Shown here: positions 13,136-26,699 of the stretch, in pieces
Position numbering within the stretch: position 1 is the stretch's first letter
How the letters are laid out: each line of letters starts with the position of its first letter
From: Octopus sinensis
Taxonomy: Eukaryota
Reading direction: 5' to 3'
Assembly (NCBI RefSeq): GCF_006345805.1
Contig: NW_021833073.1
Coordinates: 20,356-84,355 of the forward strand
DNA: 64,000 nt
The notes under the pieces: model-generated
What the model saw: the letters and a program-made list of their open reading frames with translations, nothing else
What the model was told of the DNA's origin: nothing
The model's database searches: none
Translations under genes and position numbers: made by a program

Positions 13136-13504
13136 ATACGTAAATGTCTATCTAGCAAAATGAGTCTTCAACTCGCATTGGTGGACAGAATTTATTTGTG
13201 AATTAAAGCTACCATTAGTTCCATGTTAAGAAAAATAGGAAAATACCTCAATGTTTTAACAATTTTTCAAGCCGACCACATTGTGGATTCTGCTGTCGTG
13301 GGTGACAGATGAGGGTCTGCAATTCCTTGCTTAGTAACCTGCACAGATATATTTGCTTATAATGACAAACTTCTTGTACTGCGCTTTATCTTACCCCGTT
13401 CATCAAATCAATGTTGTCTACACATGCTCAAGGTGTGCGACACGTCAACTGTCGAAGCGACCGCAGAGCAAAGTAAAATGAAACTTTTATTCAAGAACAT
13501 AGTC

Positions 13505-13935
13505 GTAGGCAGGCATGGCTGTGTGGTAAGAAGCTTGCTTCCCAACTACATGATTCTGGATTCAGTCCCACTGCAAAGCACGTTTCACAGCTGTCTTCTA
13601 CTATAGCCTCGGGCCGACCAATGTCTTGTAAGTGGATTTGGTACACGACAACTGAGAAAAGCCCGTTTTATGCAGATATAACACAACAAACATAGCAGAT
13701 TTCCTGACGTAGATCCAGTGGCACCGTGAGCAATTATCCTCTACGATAGCCCTAGGCCGACAAGAGCCTTGTGATTGAATCTGGCAAACGGAAACTGAAA
13801 GAACCCCGTCGTGTATGTGTACCCGTGTTTGTGTTTGTGTGTGTTCCCCAAATGTCGATTTGGGGTCGATTTGTTCGTCTAAACTTGTCAAGGCGGTGCT
13901 CCAGCATGGCTGAAGTCTAATGACTGAAACAAGTA
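13505..13935 (+). mobile_element. tRNA-derived SINE family 1 (with internal duplication)
   Basis: A box tggctgtgtgg, B-box-like ggattcagtccc, 3' tgactgaaacaagtaaaa. Confidence 0.85.
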
Positions 13936-14022
13936 AAAAAAATAAACGATATGAAGTAAAGGTATAATCTTAGATTTTCGAATAGCATTTGAATGGGATT
14001 TAATAGGTGAAACCATCTAGAA

Positions 14023-14344
14023 GAGAGGTTCTCAAACATTTTGAACCACTGCTCACCTCATAGCCACATAATACCCTCAGCGCCCCCACCCCTATTTTTA
14101 TGCTTAAATAAATATTCTATACTTTACTGATGTATATATATACTATGACCCATTTGATATTTAATATAATAAATAATTTGTATACAATACTATAATAAAT
14201 ATTATAATAAATTCATAGCGTCCCCCAGTTCACGGCCTTCCTCCCAACGCCCCCTTCTTCTGTAGCACCTCCTTAGGCACAAGCACCCACCTGGACCATC
14301 TTAATGCCCACCGGGGGCAGTAGCGCCCACTTTTAGAACCTATG
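14023..14344. mobile_element. hAT (Charlie-like) MITE
   Basis: Termini gagaggttctcaaa / ttttagaacctatg are imperfect inverted repeats. 8-bp TSD ATCTAGAA at 14015-14022 and 14345-14352. Confidence 0.75.
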
Positions 14345-14382
14345 ATCTAGAATCTCTTGCAGACAACCTTCATATTTTTTCA

Positions 14383-14426
<44 letters not shown>

Positions 14427-14430
<4 letters not shown>

Positions 14431-14620
14431 CAGCCAAATAGGTTTTCACTACTACTTCTAGAAAAATAAGTCTCCACAAACAAACAGAATTTGTAACCCG
14501 TATATGGTAAAGAGAAAGAAGATAATGAAATCACAGCGTACTTGGACGGGTTACAAATTCTGTTTGTTTGTGGAGACTTATTTTTCTAGTAGTAGTAGTG
14601 GAAACCTATTTGGCTGCTAT
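14427..14620. repeat. Near-perfect foldback: ~75 bp arms, ~44 bp spacer
   Basis: 14427-14501 vs 14546-14620, two mismatches. Confidence 0.92.
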
Positions 14621-15898
14621 TTCTAATATTTTCGGTATGTGGTTTAAGCAACTTCTTGCAATTAACCCTTTATTATAATTAAATATACATATATATATAT
14701 TGTTCAGCTTTCTGTTTAAAATCTTTACCTGGCCCACGATGCTTTTGAAAGGGTCCATTCTGTCTGAAATATTGGTTTGAAATTTTCGCAAAAGGCCAGC
14801 GTTTTCGTGGGTTGGTGGTGGTGGTGGTGGTAGTGGTGGAGAAGTCGATTAAACTTATCCCAGGACGTAACGACGAACGAAATGCCGCCAAGCATTTTGT
14901 CCGGAGTGCTACCGATTCTGTCAGTTAGCTTCCTTCTCTGCCTGAAATATTGATGCCAGGATTCCAGTCCATAGACGATTTCGCCTCTTCCTGTCACCAA
15001 TCACGGAGTCCATGAAAATTATGGATGCGGCTAGTTTTTCTTTCAGTACGTCTCACCTTCCATGTCTTCCAAATACATTCGTTCGTTATCACGGTAAACA
15101 CCAGCTCACACAGCACTTACTCCTCTACCATGTATAATTATCTGTATCTACGGCTCTCCACAACGCTGCTACAATGCTAACCTAAGAAAATTGATTTTGT
15201 TGCGATCCAACTTAGTTATTTGCCGCTGTATGTTCGCTTGGCATTCTCAAAATAGCTGTCAAATATTCTCAAAACCACAATTAGATATCTTATAGGAATG
15301 ATATATTAGATGATAGCATTTTCTCCGTGACCAGAAATCATGAGAAGGAGTGTCACGCACAGAAATGGCTATGTAAATCGATCGGCCTTTCTTTCCTGGT
15401 TGCAGTCCAACCCCGTTGTTTAGACTTTGAGTTCTTACCACAGTGACTCAGGAAGCTAAACGGCTGCGGCGAACAGCAAGCTGAAAGTTTTACAATGCAG
15501 TGGCCTTCTCCTAGGCGAATTGCTGTACAGGGCTAGAGTTCCACTTACCTTGGAGTTGCCGGGCGGGTGTCAAAGAGGGTACCAGACCGCCTGCAGACTC
15601 CACTTCCTGATTTGGTGTCGAAGCAGACTTTCTTAGCGTCTTCATTTCCCAAGGCACTCACAAAGTAGCGAAGTTTTGTGCTTGGATTTTCTTCCCTTAT
15701 ATTCTGATTAACCCAAAGATGGGATCCTGTCAGATGCTATTACAATGCGTCAGAGATCTAGGAGGGTGAAGAGGTGGATCCACACCCATCGAAATACTGG
15801 AATTACTAAGCCAGGGAACCCACTACCTGAGGCAGGTGAAATTCATACTCAGACAAAATATATCAGACAATGTCGTCCTATATACATTGGCCAATATA

Positions 15899-17160
15899 CA
15901 GGGGCTCAACAAAATAAGGGAAACACCTTAAAATTTCAAACAAATTTATTTTAATATGGGGTAGGGCCTCGTTTGGCAGTAATTACAGCTTGAATTCTAT
16001 GAGGTATGGACTCGTACGAAGTTTGAATTTTTTCCAAAGGAATTTTTGTCCATTCTTCAGCTAAAACTGTCTCCAGTTCTTGTAGTGATGATGATGGAAG
16101 ATATCGAATCCTTACATGTTTCTCTAAACTGCACCATAAATGTTCAAAAATATTGAGATCTGGGGACTGTGGTGACCAAATAAGATGTTCAACTTCATTA
16201 GAATGTTCCTCGTGCCATTCAGTAACAAAGTTAGCTTTGTCAATTGGTGCATTATCATCCTGAAAGACTGCATTTCTCTTCGGAAACAGTTCCCCAACCA
16301 TAGGATGAATTTGATTAGATAAGATGCTTAAATAGTCTTGACTATTAATTCTGCCATAAAGGGAAACTATTGGGCTGCCGGATTTCCAATATATAGACAC
16401 CCCACCCCAGATCATATGAGTTGAAAGAAGGCAGTCTGAGTCAAATGATTCTTTTGGCCGTCTCCATACGTATACTCAGCTGGTGGTCGGAAACAAGGTA
16501 AAGGATGACTCATCCGAGAAAATAACATTCTTCCACTGCTCTAAGGACCAATTCTGTAGGTTTTTATTCTACTCTAAACGCTTTGCAACGTTTGTTTTTG
16601 AAAGTAGGGGTTTTCTGATTGTAGCCCTCCCGTGAAATCCGGCTTTGTACAAATCCCGGCGAACGGTTTTTGTGGAAACTGGGTTCTCGAGGTGGTCACT
16701 AAGCTCCGCTGCAAGTTTGGGAGCTGTACATTTGTGATCCTTTCTAACAATTCGCGTAAGAGTCCGGCGGTCCCTATCTGAAAGTTTTGGTTTTCTTCTG
16801 GAGTTTTGTTTCAATGAGGTGTTTTTTACCTCTTTCTCAAAGGCTGTCTTTACTTTCGAGACAGTAATTCTTGATACAACAAACATTTCGTCTGTTTTCG
16901 TTACGCTAGTGCCTGCCATGCGAGGACCAACAATTTGACCTCTTTGAAAGTCCGATAGATCTGTCATTTTAGTGAGTTTTAATTACCTTTTTCTGGTGAT
17001 ATCTGAAGAGAAACAACAATTTTAGCAAAACATGTTAAGCAATGCTAATAATAAATCAAAAATAAAACATAAAAATAAACAAGCTTTTGACGGTTTTATA
17101 GATATTTGAAAATTATTATGCTATGATGTTTGATGTTTCCATTATTTTGTCCAGCCCCTG
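15899..17160 (-). mobile_element. Tc1/mariner (Tc1-like) DNA transposon, full length (1262 bp), disrupted transposase
   Basis: TIRs CAGGGGCT(C/G)(A/G)ACAAAATAA(G/T)GGAAACA with TA TSDs at both ends. Confidence 0.95.
15951..16967 (-). pseudogene. Tc1 transposase, broken into ORFs 16569-16967 and 15951-16415
   Basis: N-terminal HTH (LSDFQRGQIVG, RKPKLSDRDRR); catalytic FQDDNAP and WSPQSPDLNIFEHLW. Confidence 0.92.
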
Positions 17161-18039
17161 TATACGCACACCACACATATACACATACACACACACATAC
17201 ACACACACACATATACGCACTATAGTTTTGTTTTTCATGCTTACGATGCTAGTGTAAAGAAATGAGAGAACTTTTAATCCTCGGTCTTCTATTCATCCAG
17301 CTACCTCCTCTTCCTTCCGTTCCTTGTTATTCCGAAGCCTTGCATTCTGAGTTCGAATCCCACCAAGGTTAACTTTGTCTTTCTTCCTTCTAAGGGTGAT
17401 AAATAAAGTACAGTGATGCCTCACAGTACGAGTTTAATTCGTTCCATGACCGGGATTGCCTTACGATTTACTTCTGTTACAAATCAATTTCCCCCATAGA
17501 AATTAACTAAAATATAATTAATCTGTTCTGGCACCCCTAAAGCCCACTCAAAAATAATTTTTCATGGGTTTTGAAACAGAAAATGTATGGTTACAAGTAA
17601 CGTGACAATTATAAAAAAGAGTATACAAAAGAACTATGTAAACTGGTTTTATTAACTGAATTACCTTAAAGCTGCGGATATCCGCTCTTACTTCAAGGCA
17701 AAAATTCGCACGAGTCTCGGCTCGTGCAACAAAATTACTAAATTACTCGTGCAATTGGGCACTCGTACTGTGAGTTTCTACTGTTCCAGTATAGTGTGTT
17801 GAGCTTATGAAAATCTTGAAGTGTCAGACGGTTTAGCTTCGCCTTCCGACTTTTTCTTAAAGATGAGAAAAAAAAAATCAAATTATGAGTGGTCTTGACT
17901 AAAGCATCTTTCATCATAGGCATGCCTGTTCAGGATTAACCCTGAGCTAAACAATAAAAACCAGCGATTCACCCCATCGTAGACAAGTAGAAAACACATA
18001 CAGTGAAATAATTGGTTTAAACATAGGTACAAGGCCGGA

Positions 18040-18440
18040 AATTGTAAGGGATTATGTCGATTATATCTACCCGGATACTTGATTTATTTTTTTTTACTTT
18101 ATTTAACGACCTCGAAAGGGTGGAGGGCATGATCAGCCTCGATGAGATTTGAACTCAGTGCGTAAAGAGCCGAAACAAGCACTGTGAAGTTGTTTGTCTG
18201 GCGCTCTAACGACTCTGCCAATTCTCTATCTTTGTACACACTGAAATAACCCTTTCTTATTTTGATACAAGGCCAGTAATATTGAGGGATGGAGAAATCG
18301 ATCTCATCGACCGAGTGTTTGACCGGTACTTACACGCATAAGGACAAAAAGTAAAGTCGACCTCGGCGTAAAGACGGACGAAATACCACTAAGAATTTTG
18401 CCCGGCGTGTCAACGATTCTACCAGCTCGTCACCGCCACA
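18040..18440 (-). mobile_element. Two degenerate copies of SINE family 2 (Meta-domain-like)
   Basis: Reverse complement resembles 62069-62300 (ctgagttcaaa...gaggtcgac...ttgcct). Confidence 0.6.
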
Positions 18441-21069
18441 TACAGAAATAATAGCAGCAACAAGCACAGTGTGTGCAGCGATGTTTGACACAAAACATGG
18501 AGAAACTGATTAGACTGGGAGAAAACAACATACACAGGTACAGGTACAGCATCGATTTTTACGGACCTTTATTTCTAAAGACTTTCCACATTACTGGTTG
18601 TTCTGTGCAAGGGGTGGTCATCTCTAAATTAAACAAATATAAATTTACTTAACTGTGCCTTTAGTTAAAGTATAATTGGCATAAGTTTATTAATACCAGA
18701 CACTAGTTTGTGTATGGTACCAGTAAACTAGTCCAGTGGCTGCGGGAAATTGAAGTTCCTTCTCGTAAATAAGTGCGGACTACAAGAGGTTCTGGATCAT
18801 CAGGATTCGAAAGGTCGGTGTTGGACCTATGCTGCACTACGTATCATAAAGTACTGCATTTCGGAGAGTGAAGTGTGATCCTCAACTTGGCTGAGGTATG
18901 GTATGTCTGAGATACTCAACCTATAGACTGAACCTGTTTGTTCGCTCGACAACTATACGAGCAAATGAAGGAGTTTCTACGTCTTACTTGCTCGATATTT
19001 TAGAAATAACAGTCTTCAAATATACAACCGTTTAACACACACACACTCACACACACTACATATTGGATAATGTACTTAGAAATTCATTATGCCTGAATAA
19101 ATGACAGGATAGTCACGGCTGGAAAACATTCTATGAGGGCCGAGAACAGACAACAATAATAACCACTTTATATGTATCGAAGCAACGGCGGCTAATTTAC
19201 ATGGTCTTTTCGGTGTCTGAGAGATACCAATCTAATCTCTCAAATTACGCCCTGCTATCTCATATAACATAGTCCAATACGGAAGCTTGTGCTCCTCTAT
19301 GCGTCATAGCCCAGATAAATTCCATCTTGTTTAACCTATAAACTTATACGTTTACAAATCAAACTTTATAAACCTACGCATTAAATTCAGAGGTATCATG
19401 CATCTGGAAAATATATATGTGGGTCTCGTTTCGTCGTTGTCTCGTCTCTTGATAAGTAGGTCTGCCCTAGGGCTACATAACAATGACATAGAAATACATA
19501 GTGCAGCAGTGTTTCTCATAATTCAGAATATCGTGAGAGCTGAAAAGATGGCAAATTGCTATATTTAGTACAAATCATGCATTGGCTCAACGTGTTTGTA
19601 TGGAAAAGGCTTTAACAAATAAGGAAACGAAATAGAGACGCCACACAATTTAAGACATAATATACGACTTACTTTGACAGTAATCGCCTAGAATTGTCGT
19701 AGAATATGCGAATGTATGGCTGTGTGGTTAAGAAGCTCGCTTTGTAGCCATCTGGTTTTTTAGTTCAATCCCACTGTGTGGCACGTTGGGAAAATATATT
19801 CTGTTATAACCTTCAGCCAACAAATAAAGGATTATACAAGAGTCCCCCGATAGTAAATCAAAATTCCATAAACACTATCTGTAATTCTGTATTGACTCGA
19901 ATGGAAACAATGTGTCGCTCAAGAAGGACTTCAGTTTCAACAATTTTCATGATGTTTCATATTTAGATGCTTTTATTAAATTCAATCAGTTGTTAAACAT
20001 AAATAAATCTTGGAATTAAATGGTTTTGATTTACCGTAAGGTAACATTTGGCCAACCCTGTACATTGTGAGAGAATTTGGTCGATGGAAACTCTGTAGAG
20101 ACGCGTCGTATTCGTGTGTGTGTGTGTCTGTGTGTGTATTCATGTGCGGATGTGTGGTTGTGTGTTTGCCATCCCATCGTTTGACAGCTAGTGTTGATTC
20201 GCTTACGCCTTCGTAACTTAGCTATGTATAGCTTTACCTGCTTCGAAGTCCAGCTTTAAAAATGAATTATTTCATGTCTCTCGAAGTTTCTAAATCTTTA
20301 TGGCGTAAATAAAATATGTGTGTGTGTGATAGGTTTTAGGCTTCTACATTCACCCACAATGCATCGCTCAACCCGGGGCTATAGAAGAAGACAATTGTCC
20401 AAATTTGCGCACTGTGGGGCTGAACCTGAAACTCAGTAATCACAAAGCGCGCTTCTTAGCCTCATACCCACAATTACGCTTATTAAGTTAAGAAAATTTG
20501 ATTAATTACATTTGTATTCAAGTCTCTTATCTTTTACTTGTTTCAGTCATTTGACTGTGGCCATGCTGGGGCACAGTCTTGAATTCTTTTAGTCGAATGA
20601 ATCAACTAAAAAATTAATTTTCAAGTCTTGTACTTATTCCATCGCTCGGATCTTTTCCCTTTCAACAGCAGCTCGATTAATTCATTTTCTTTAACTAAAC
20701 ACTTTGAAACTTCGTTTACTGGTAGAATGTGTCATATAGAGCATCTTTTACTCTTAGCGTTGTTGAGAAAAGTTTCTATTTACGAAGTTACTTCGTGTTA
20801 AAGTTGTCTTATTTCGGCAATTTCAAAAATACGTATGTGCCTTTGTGTTTCAAAGTAATTATTCCGTGGAGTGTGTGTATGTTGTGTGTTGTGTGTGTAT
20901 TGTGTGTGTGTGACTTTTTACGTACCTTCCCCACTCACCACCTTGTAGTTCTCATCTCTTCTTCCTCTCCCTCTACTTTTCTCGTTAAGCTGCCTGCATC
21001 CTCCCTGCCTTTTACAATATCTCTCTTCTCCCATTCTACCTTTGCAAAACACGCATTACGATGTCAACT

Positions 21070-21590
21070 ACTACTACATGATTCTGGATTCAGTTCCACT
21101 GTGATGGCGGGCGTGAGGGACAAACACAGACACCCACACACACTCACAAACACACAAATATACATATATACAGGCACAGGAGTGACTGTGTAGTAATTAG
21201 CTTGCTTACCAACTACGTAATTCCGGGTTCAGTCCCACTGCGTGGCACCTTAGGCAAGTGTCTTGCACTATAGCCTCGAGCCGAGCAAAGCCGTGTCAAT
21301 GGATTTGCTAGACGGAAACTGAAAGAAGCCCTTCATATATATATATAAATGTGAGCTGTGTGTGATTGTGTATCTGTGTTTGTCCCCCCACCATCGCTTG
21401 AAAACCGATGTTGGTGTTTCAGACCCCGTAACTTAGCAATTCGGCAAGCTATGCTTACAAAGTTTAAGTCCTGGGGTCGATTCGTTCGAGTAAAGACGGT
21501 GCTCTAGCATGGCCGCAGTCAAATGACTGCAACAAATAAAAGCATCATAAGGTTGGGAAGCAAGCTTCTTACCACACAGCCACGCCTGCG
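21070..21590 (+). mobile_element. SINE family 1 mosaic forming part of the inverted duplication (segments B' and C')
   Basis: 21190-21540 is the reverse complement of 10540-10877; 21100-21215 is the reverse complement of 12849-12955. Confidence 0.85.
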
Positions 21591-21626
21591 CCTATGTATA
21601 TATATATATTTTTATATAAGTATAAA

Positions 21627-21661
<35 letters not shown>

Positions 21662-22019
21662 TGAGTGAACATGCATGATTGTGCATACGTAAAGAATGTA
21701 CGTATGACTGTATTTCTTTGCTAACTTATTATCGGTGCAGGATGTAAACATCGATGAGAGAACTGAAAAATCGATTCCTTATAACAATGTGCTAGTGATC
21801 AATTCGTTTCACATCTATGTTCAAAGAGGTTCCTTCTTCAGAAATTGTCATATCAAATTCTTACAAGAAAAAGAAACTACTGCGTAAAAATGACATTTAA
21901 AATGACAATAATAATGAAGCTGTATTCTTAACTTGTAATATTTCGAATTCGTTAAAACTATCAAGCTTTCTAATATGTACTAATTAGTGCTCATTTAGAA
22001 AAGAAGCAGTGGTTATATG

Positions 22020-22370
22020 ACAAAGTGGCACTCCGTCGGTTACAATGACGAGAGCTCAAATTGATCCGATCAACGGATCAGCCTGCTCGCGATATTAACG
22101 TGCAAGTGGCTGAGCACTCTACAGATACGTGTATCCTTAACGTAGTTGTCGGGAAGATTCAGCGTGACACAAAGCGTAACAAGGCTGGCCCTTTGAAATA
22201 CGGGTATATTAGAAAGAGGAAGAAAGAGAGAATGCTGGGTGAAAGAGTACAGCAGAGCTCACCACCACCACCCCCTGCCGGAGCTTCGTGGACCTTTAGG
22301 TGTTTACACTCAATAAGCACTCACAACGCGAGTCCACTGCCCTAACCACTGGGCCATTGCGCCCCCACTA
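22020..22370. mobile_element. SINE fragments, including a minus-strand head of SINE family 3
   Basis: Reverse complement ggggcgcaatggcccagtggttagggcag matches 36720 onward. Confidence 0.7.
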
Positions 22371-22579
22371 TGTGAAAGTAACTCTGATGGGTTTGAGGAA
22401 GGAACAGAATAAGCTAGTAAATTACGTTGTTCATTGAAGCAAATAAAAACATAAATGTGTTTATTACATACTCATATTACTGTAAGAGATATCCACCCAT
22501 CTGATACAACCGCATGAGAACGGATCTCGCAAACAATGACATTGCAGTCGAGTTTAAAACGGAAATGGTTAAACAGGCG

Positions 22580-22960
22580 CAGGCATGACCGTGTAGTTAA
22601 GAAACTTGCTTTACAGTCCCGCGATTTCGGGTTCAGTCTTACTGTGCAGCTCCTTGGACAAGTGCCTTCTTCTATGACCTCAAACTGACCAATGCGTGAA
22701 TAGCAGAACTTGCTAGACGCATACATATATCTTTTATCTTTGTTTACTTGTTTCAGTCATTACACAGCCATGCTGGAGCACAGCCTTGAATATTTGGTCG
22801 AATGAATCGACTCCAGTACTTATTTATTCTAGCCTGGTACTAATTCTGTCTGTCTCTTTTTGTGGGACCGTTGAGTTACGGTGACGCAAACACATTAACA
22901 CCGGTTGTGAATCGGTGGTTGTGGGGTGACAAACACAGACACAAATGCACACACACACGA
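22580..22960. mobile_element. Degenerate SINE family 1 fragments (head + and 3' part -)
   Basis: gtgtagttaagaaacttgc...gggttcagtc; gtttcagtcatt. Confidence 0.7.
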
Positions 22961-23028
22961 GATATACATACATATATAATAATATAAATAATATATAAAT
23001 ATATGCATATATACATATATACATGAAA

Positions 23029-25465
23029 ATGGAATTTGTAGACGCAACAACACAACCCATTTTTTAGGGAGAGGATACCTCAACCAGACTCCAGACCCAA
23101 TACACCAAAAATTCGGGATGAACTTACAAAACACATAGACCCCAAAATAATAAACTTATCCAAAAGAGAACTAGACGAAAATGAAATGAACCTACTACTA
23201 AAAGGCCTCAAATTTACACCTACACCCACTCCAAACCTCATAGAACTAAAAACTGATATAGACAACTTCAGCCGCCACCTCCGACTTATGGAATTCTTTG
23301 AAAACAAAGAAACAGAAGATAACTCAATCATAAGAAAAAAATCCCACTTCACCCCTTACAAGGGAAGTGACAAACACCTTGACTCAAACATAGAGACAAT
23401 ATCCAAATTCCCTCTCCACACACACAAATGCAAACAGAATCTCCGCAGAAGAGAAAAACAAGCCTTACAGAAACTGAAAAATGACAAGTCAATCATTATA
23501 AAAGAAGCTGACAAAGGTGGAGCAATAGTAATTATGGACACAGATTACTACAAAGAAAAGAATAACCAGACATACTATAAAGAAGAACCAACACCACCGG
23601 AGAAAGCAACAATAAAGAAAATTAGAACTTTAGTCAATGAATACCAGGACTCCTTTACAGATAAGGAGAAAGACTATCTCTGCAACTCACGAACCAAAGA
23701 AAGCAACTTTTATGGATTACCTAAAATTCATAAAAGCTCTGAAATACAGAGAGCCATAAAGGAACAGAGGAACCACTATATAAAAATACAAAGGCATGCA
23801 GACCTCACAATGAGACCAATAGTGGCAGGACCCCAGGCACCAACACAACAACTAAGCCACTTCATAGATATACTCCTCAAACCTTTATGCCCACAGATAC
23901 CAAGCTACATAAGGGATGACATAGACTTCCTCACACACATTCCAAATACAGTCCCGAAAAAACACCATACTTGCAAGCTTGATGTCACAAATCTATACAC
24001 AAACATTCCACACACCCTAGGTCTAGAAGCTATAAAACAATCAATAGAAAAACACAGAGAACTTATAGACGAACGCTTCAAGACAAACTTTATCACCCAA
24101 GCCATCCAACTAATACCCGAAGAAAATACATTCTCATTCAACAACAAAACATACCGACAGATAAAAGGCACGGCTATGGGTACAAAATTCGCACCCTCAT
24201 ATGCCAACCTGGTGATGGGCTTCCTGGAGAACAAACTATATGATGAAATAGGGAAAGTCTTCGAACACAACTTCAGAGAAGACATCAAGAAAAAGTGGAA
24301 ACGCTACCTCGATGACTGCTTCATCTTTTGGAACAGATCAGAAGAAGACCTACGAACATTCCACAACATCCTCAATACACTGCACCCATCTATCAACTTC
24401 ACAATAGATATTAGCCACAACGAACTTCCCTTCCTAGACATCAACATCAAAATACACAACTCCATCGTCACAACAGACATCCACTACAAAAAAAACTGAC
24501 ACACACCAATACTTAAATTTCCACTCCTGCCACCCATCCCACACAAAAAGAAACATCCCATATAGTATGGCAAGACGAATATGTAGCATAGTTACTGATT
24601 CACAAATACGACTAATAAGACTAGATGAACTCAAAAACTTCCTCCTAGAGCAAAAATACCCCCTTAAACTAATAGAAAATGGAATCACAAGAGCATTAAA
24701 ACTAGACATCACACAACTCAGGACACCCAAAACAAAAACAAAGAAAACATTATCCCATTTATAAACACGCACAACCCTGGAGTTACCAACATCTTCCAAA
24801 CCATACATTCAAACCTACCAATAGTCTTACAAAGCCCCAAAATGAAGAACATATTAAACAAATATAGCATAAAAAACAGTAGACGACAGGACAAAAACCT
24901 AAAGAAACACCTAACAAGAGCGAAATTCTCTTCAGAAACTAAAACGAAATTCTTTGCAAAAGAGTGCGGAGATGGTAGATGTGGGATCTGCAGCAACCCC
25001 ACCTACAAAAACATAGAGGGAAACAGAGAGATAAGATTTAAAAGTGGTGACATATTCAAAATAAATGCAGATATGAACTGCAAGACGCAGAACGTTATAT
25101 ACTGCATAACCTGCCCCACGTGCAAGGAGAATTACGTAGGTGAAACTGGTAATTCTTTGTGCCAGCGAGCCATGATTCACCAGCAAAATATTCGGCAGGA
25201 AGAACTACGCAAAATACCACTAAGCACAACCTAGCTACGTGTGGAGAAGGAAAATTTAAGATATTTCCCTTCTACAAATGTCCGAAGAACGACATCTCTT
25301 TCAGGAGAAATATGGAAAAATATTTCATAGCTAAGTTCTCCCCCAAATTAAATGGCTGAAACCTTACTCATCATACATTGAAGGACAAATCTTTTGATTT
25401 ACAATATAATATAGTAGAACACTTAGTGTCTGTGTGTGTATATATATATATACTATATATATATA

Positions 25466-25505
<40 letters not shown>

Positions 25506-26165
25506 TATATATATGTATACATTTATATATATATATATGTATGTGTATGTATAATATATATATGTATGTGTGTGGTATATGTATGTGTGTTATATATATG
25601 TATACATTTATTTATATATATATATGTAGGTGTATGTATATATATATGTATGTGTGTGTGTATATATATGTGTGTATGTATATATATTGCTTGTTATATA
25701 CATTATATTATTTTTGTAATTTACTTGATCTTTACTTGCCAAGTGTCATTCTAATTCTAACCTTCCTATATGCAATTTTCAAGATGGTGTAATTTGATTG
25801 TTCATTTTGAATCGATAGAATGTTTTTTCTAATATTTCATGTATAGGCATGTATATATGTGTATATATAGTGACATGGAAGGACACATCTTTCGATTTAC
25901 AATCTAATAAAGTAGAACATTTAGTATATGTCTGTATGTATATATATATGTGTGTGTGTATATATATATTGCCTGTTATATACATTATATTATTATTATT
26001 TTTATATTTTACTTCATCTGTACTCTTTAACTGTCACTTTAATTTTAACTTTCCAATGATATACAATTTTCAAGATGGTGTAATTTAGTTGTTCATTTTG
26101 AACCGATAAAAGGGTTTTTTTTTCAAATATTTCATGTATAAACGTGTAGATATGTATACAGTGGT
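23029..26165 (+). mobile_element. Penelope-like element (Neptune-like, Cys-rich linker), near full-length, frameshifted, with tandem 3' repeats 25378-25865 / 25866-26165
   Basis: RT motifs ADKGG, FYGLPKIHK, RPIV, LDVTNLYTNIP, GTAMG, RYLDD, FLD; linker CGDGRCGIC; GIY-YIG NVIYCITCPTCKENYVGETG. Confidence 0.93.
23186..25359 (+). pseudogene. PLE RT-GIY-YIG polyprotein with frameshifts (~24499, ~24760, ~25230)
   Basis: Consecutive ORFs 23186-24499, 24567-24764, 24842-25234 and 25159-25359. Confidence 0.9.
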
Positions 26166-26699
26166 ATAAATATCAACACAAAAAAATATTTTTATTCCCC
26201 CTCCTCCCTTATTTTTCTTTTTCCCTTTTTTTTGTCTCTCTCCCCTTCTCCAAACACACAGACACACACACACACACCGCCACAAAAGGTGACAAGAATT
26301 CTTAAAAGACCCGAAAAGGCATTTGACCATCCCAACAATGATAAAAGGAAATATAATTTATGGATTACCTCCCCACCAACACACACTCAATGACATTGTG
26401 AAATGGTCAAAGCTGAAATTCTTAGGACCCCCCTTCGAGTTAATATCCTGTCCAGCTGACATTCCTCCCACCACAACCAGAGATTATAAAATGATTAAAA
26501 TGCCCAGCAGAGGAACTCATTTTTATTTGAAAACCCCACTAGAATGGGAGAAAGCGCTAATGAACTAAGTGATATGATATATGTAAAAAATGTAATATAT
26601 AAATATCTATAAATACAAACCATCCGATCTTCTGATTACCTCATTTCTTCTAATATATTATTGTGGGTTTAGCTTAAGGACAGTTGGCCGCGACCTACT

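Noticed and set aside
17660-17857. Minus-strand exon candidate (polypyrimidine-AG acceptor, GTAAT donor)
   Set aside because: All three frames contain stops; there is no supporting neighbouring exon.
25770-26125. Hammerhead-like ttCAAGATGGT...ACCGATA in the Neptune 3' repeats
   Set aside because: The core has several substitutions and stems I and III cannot be formed.
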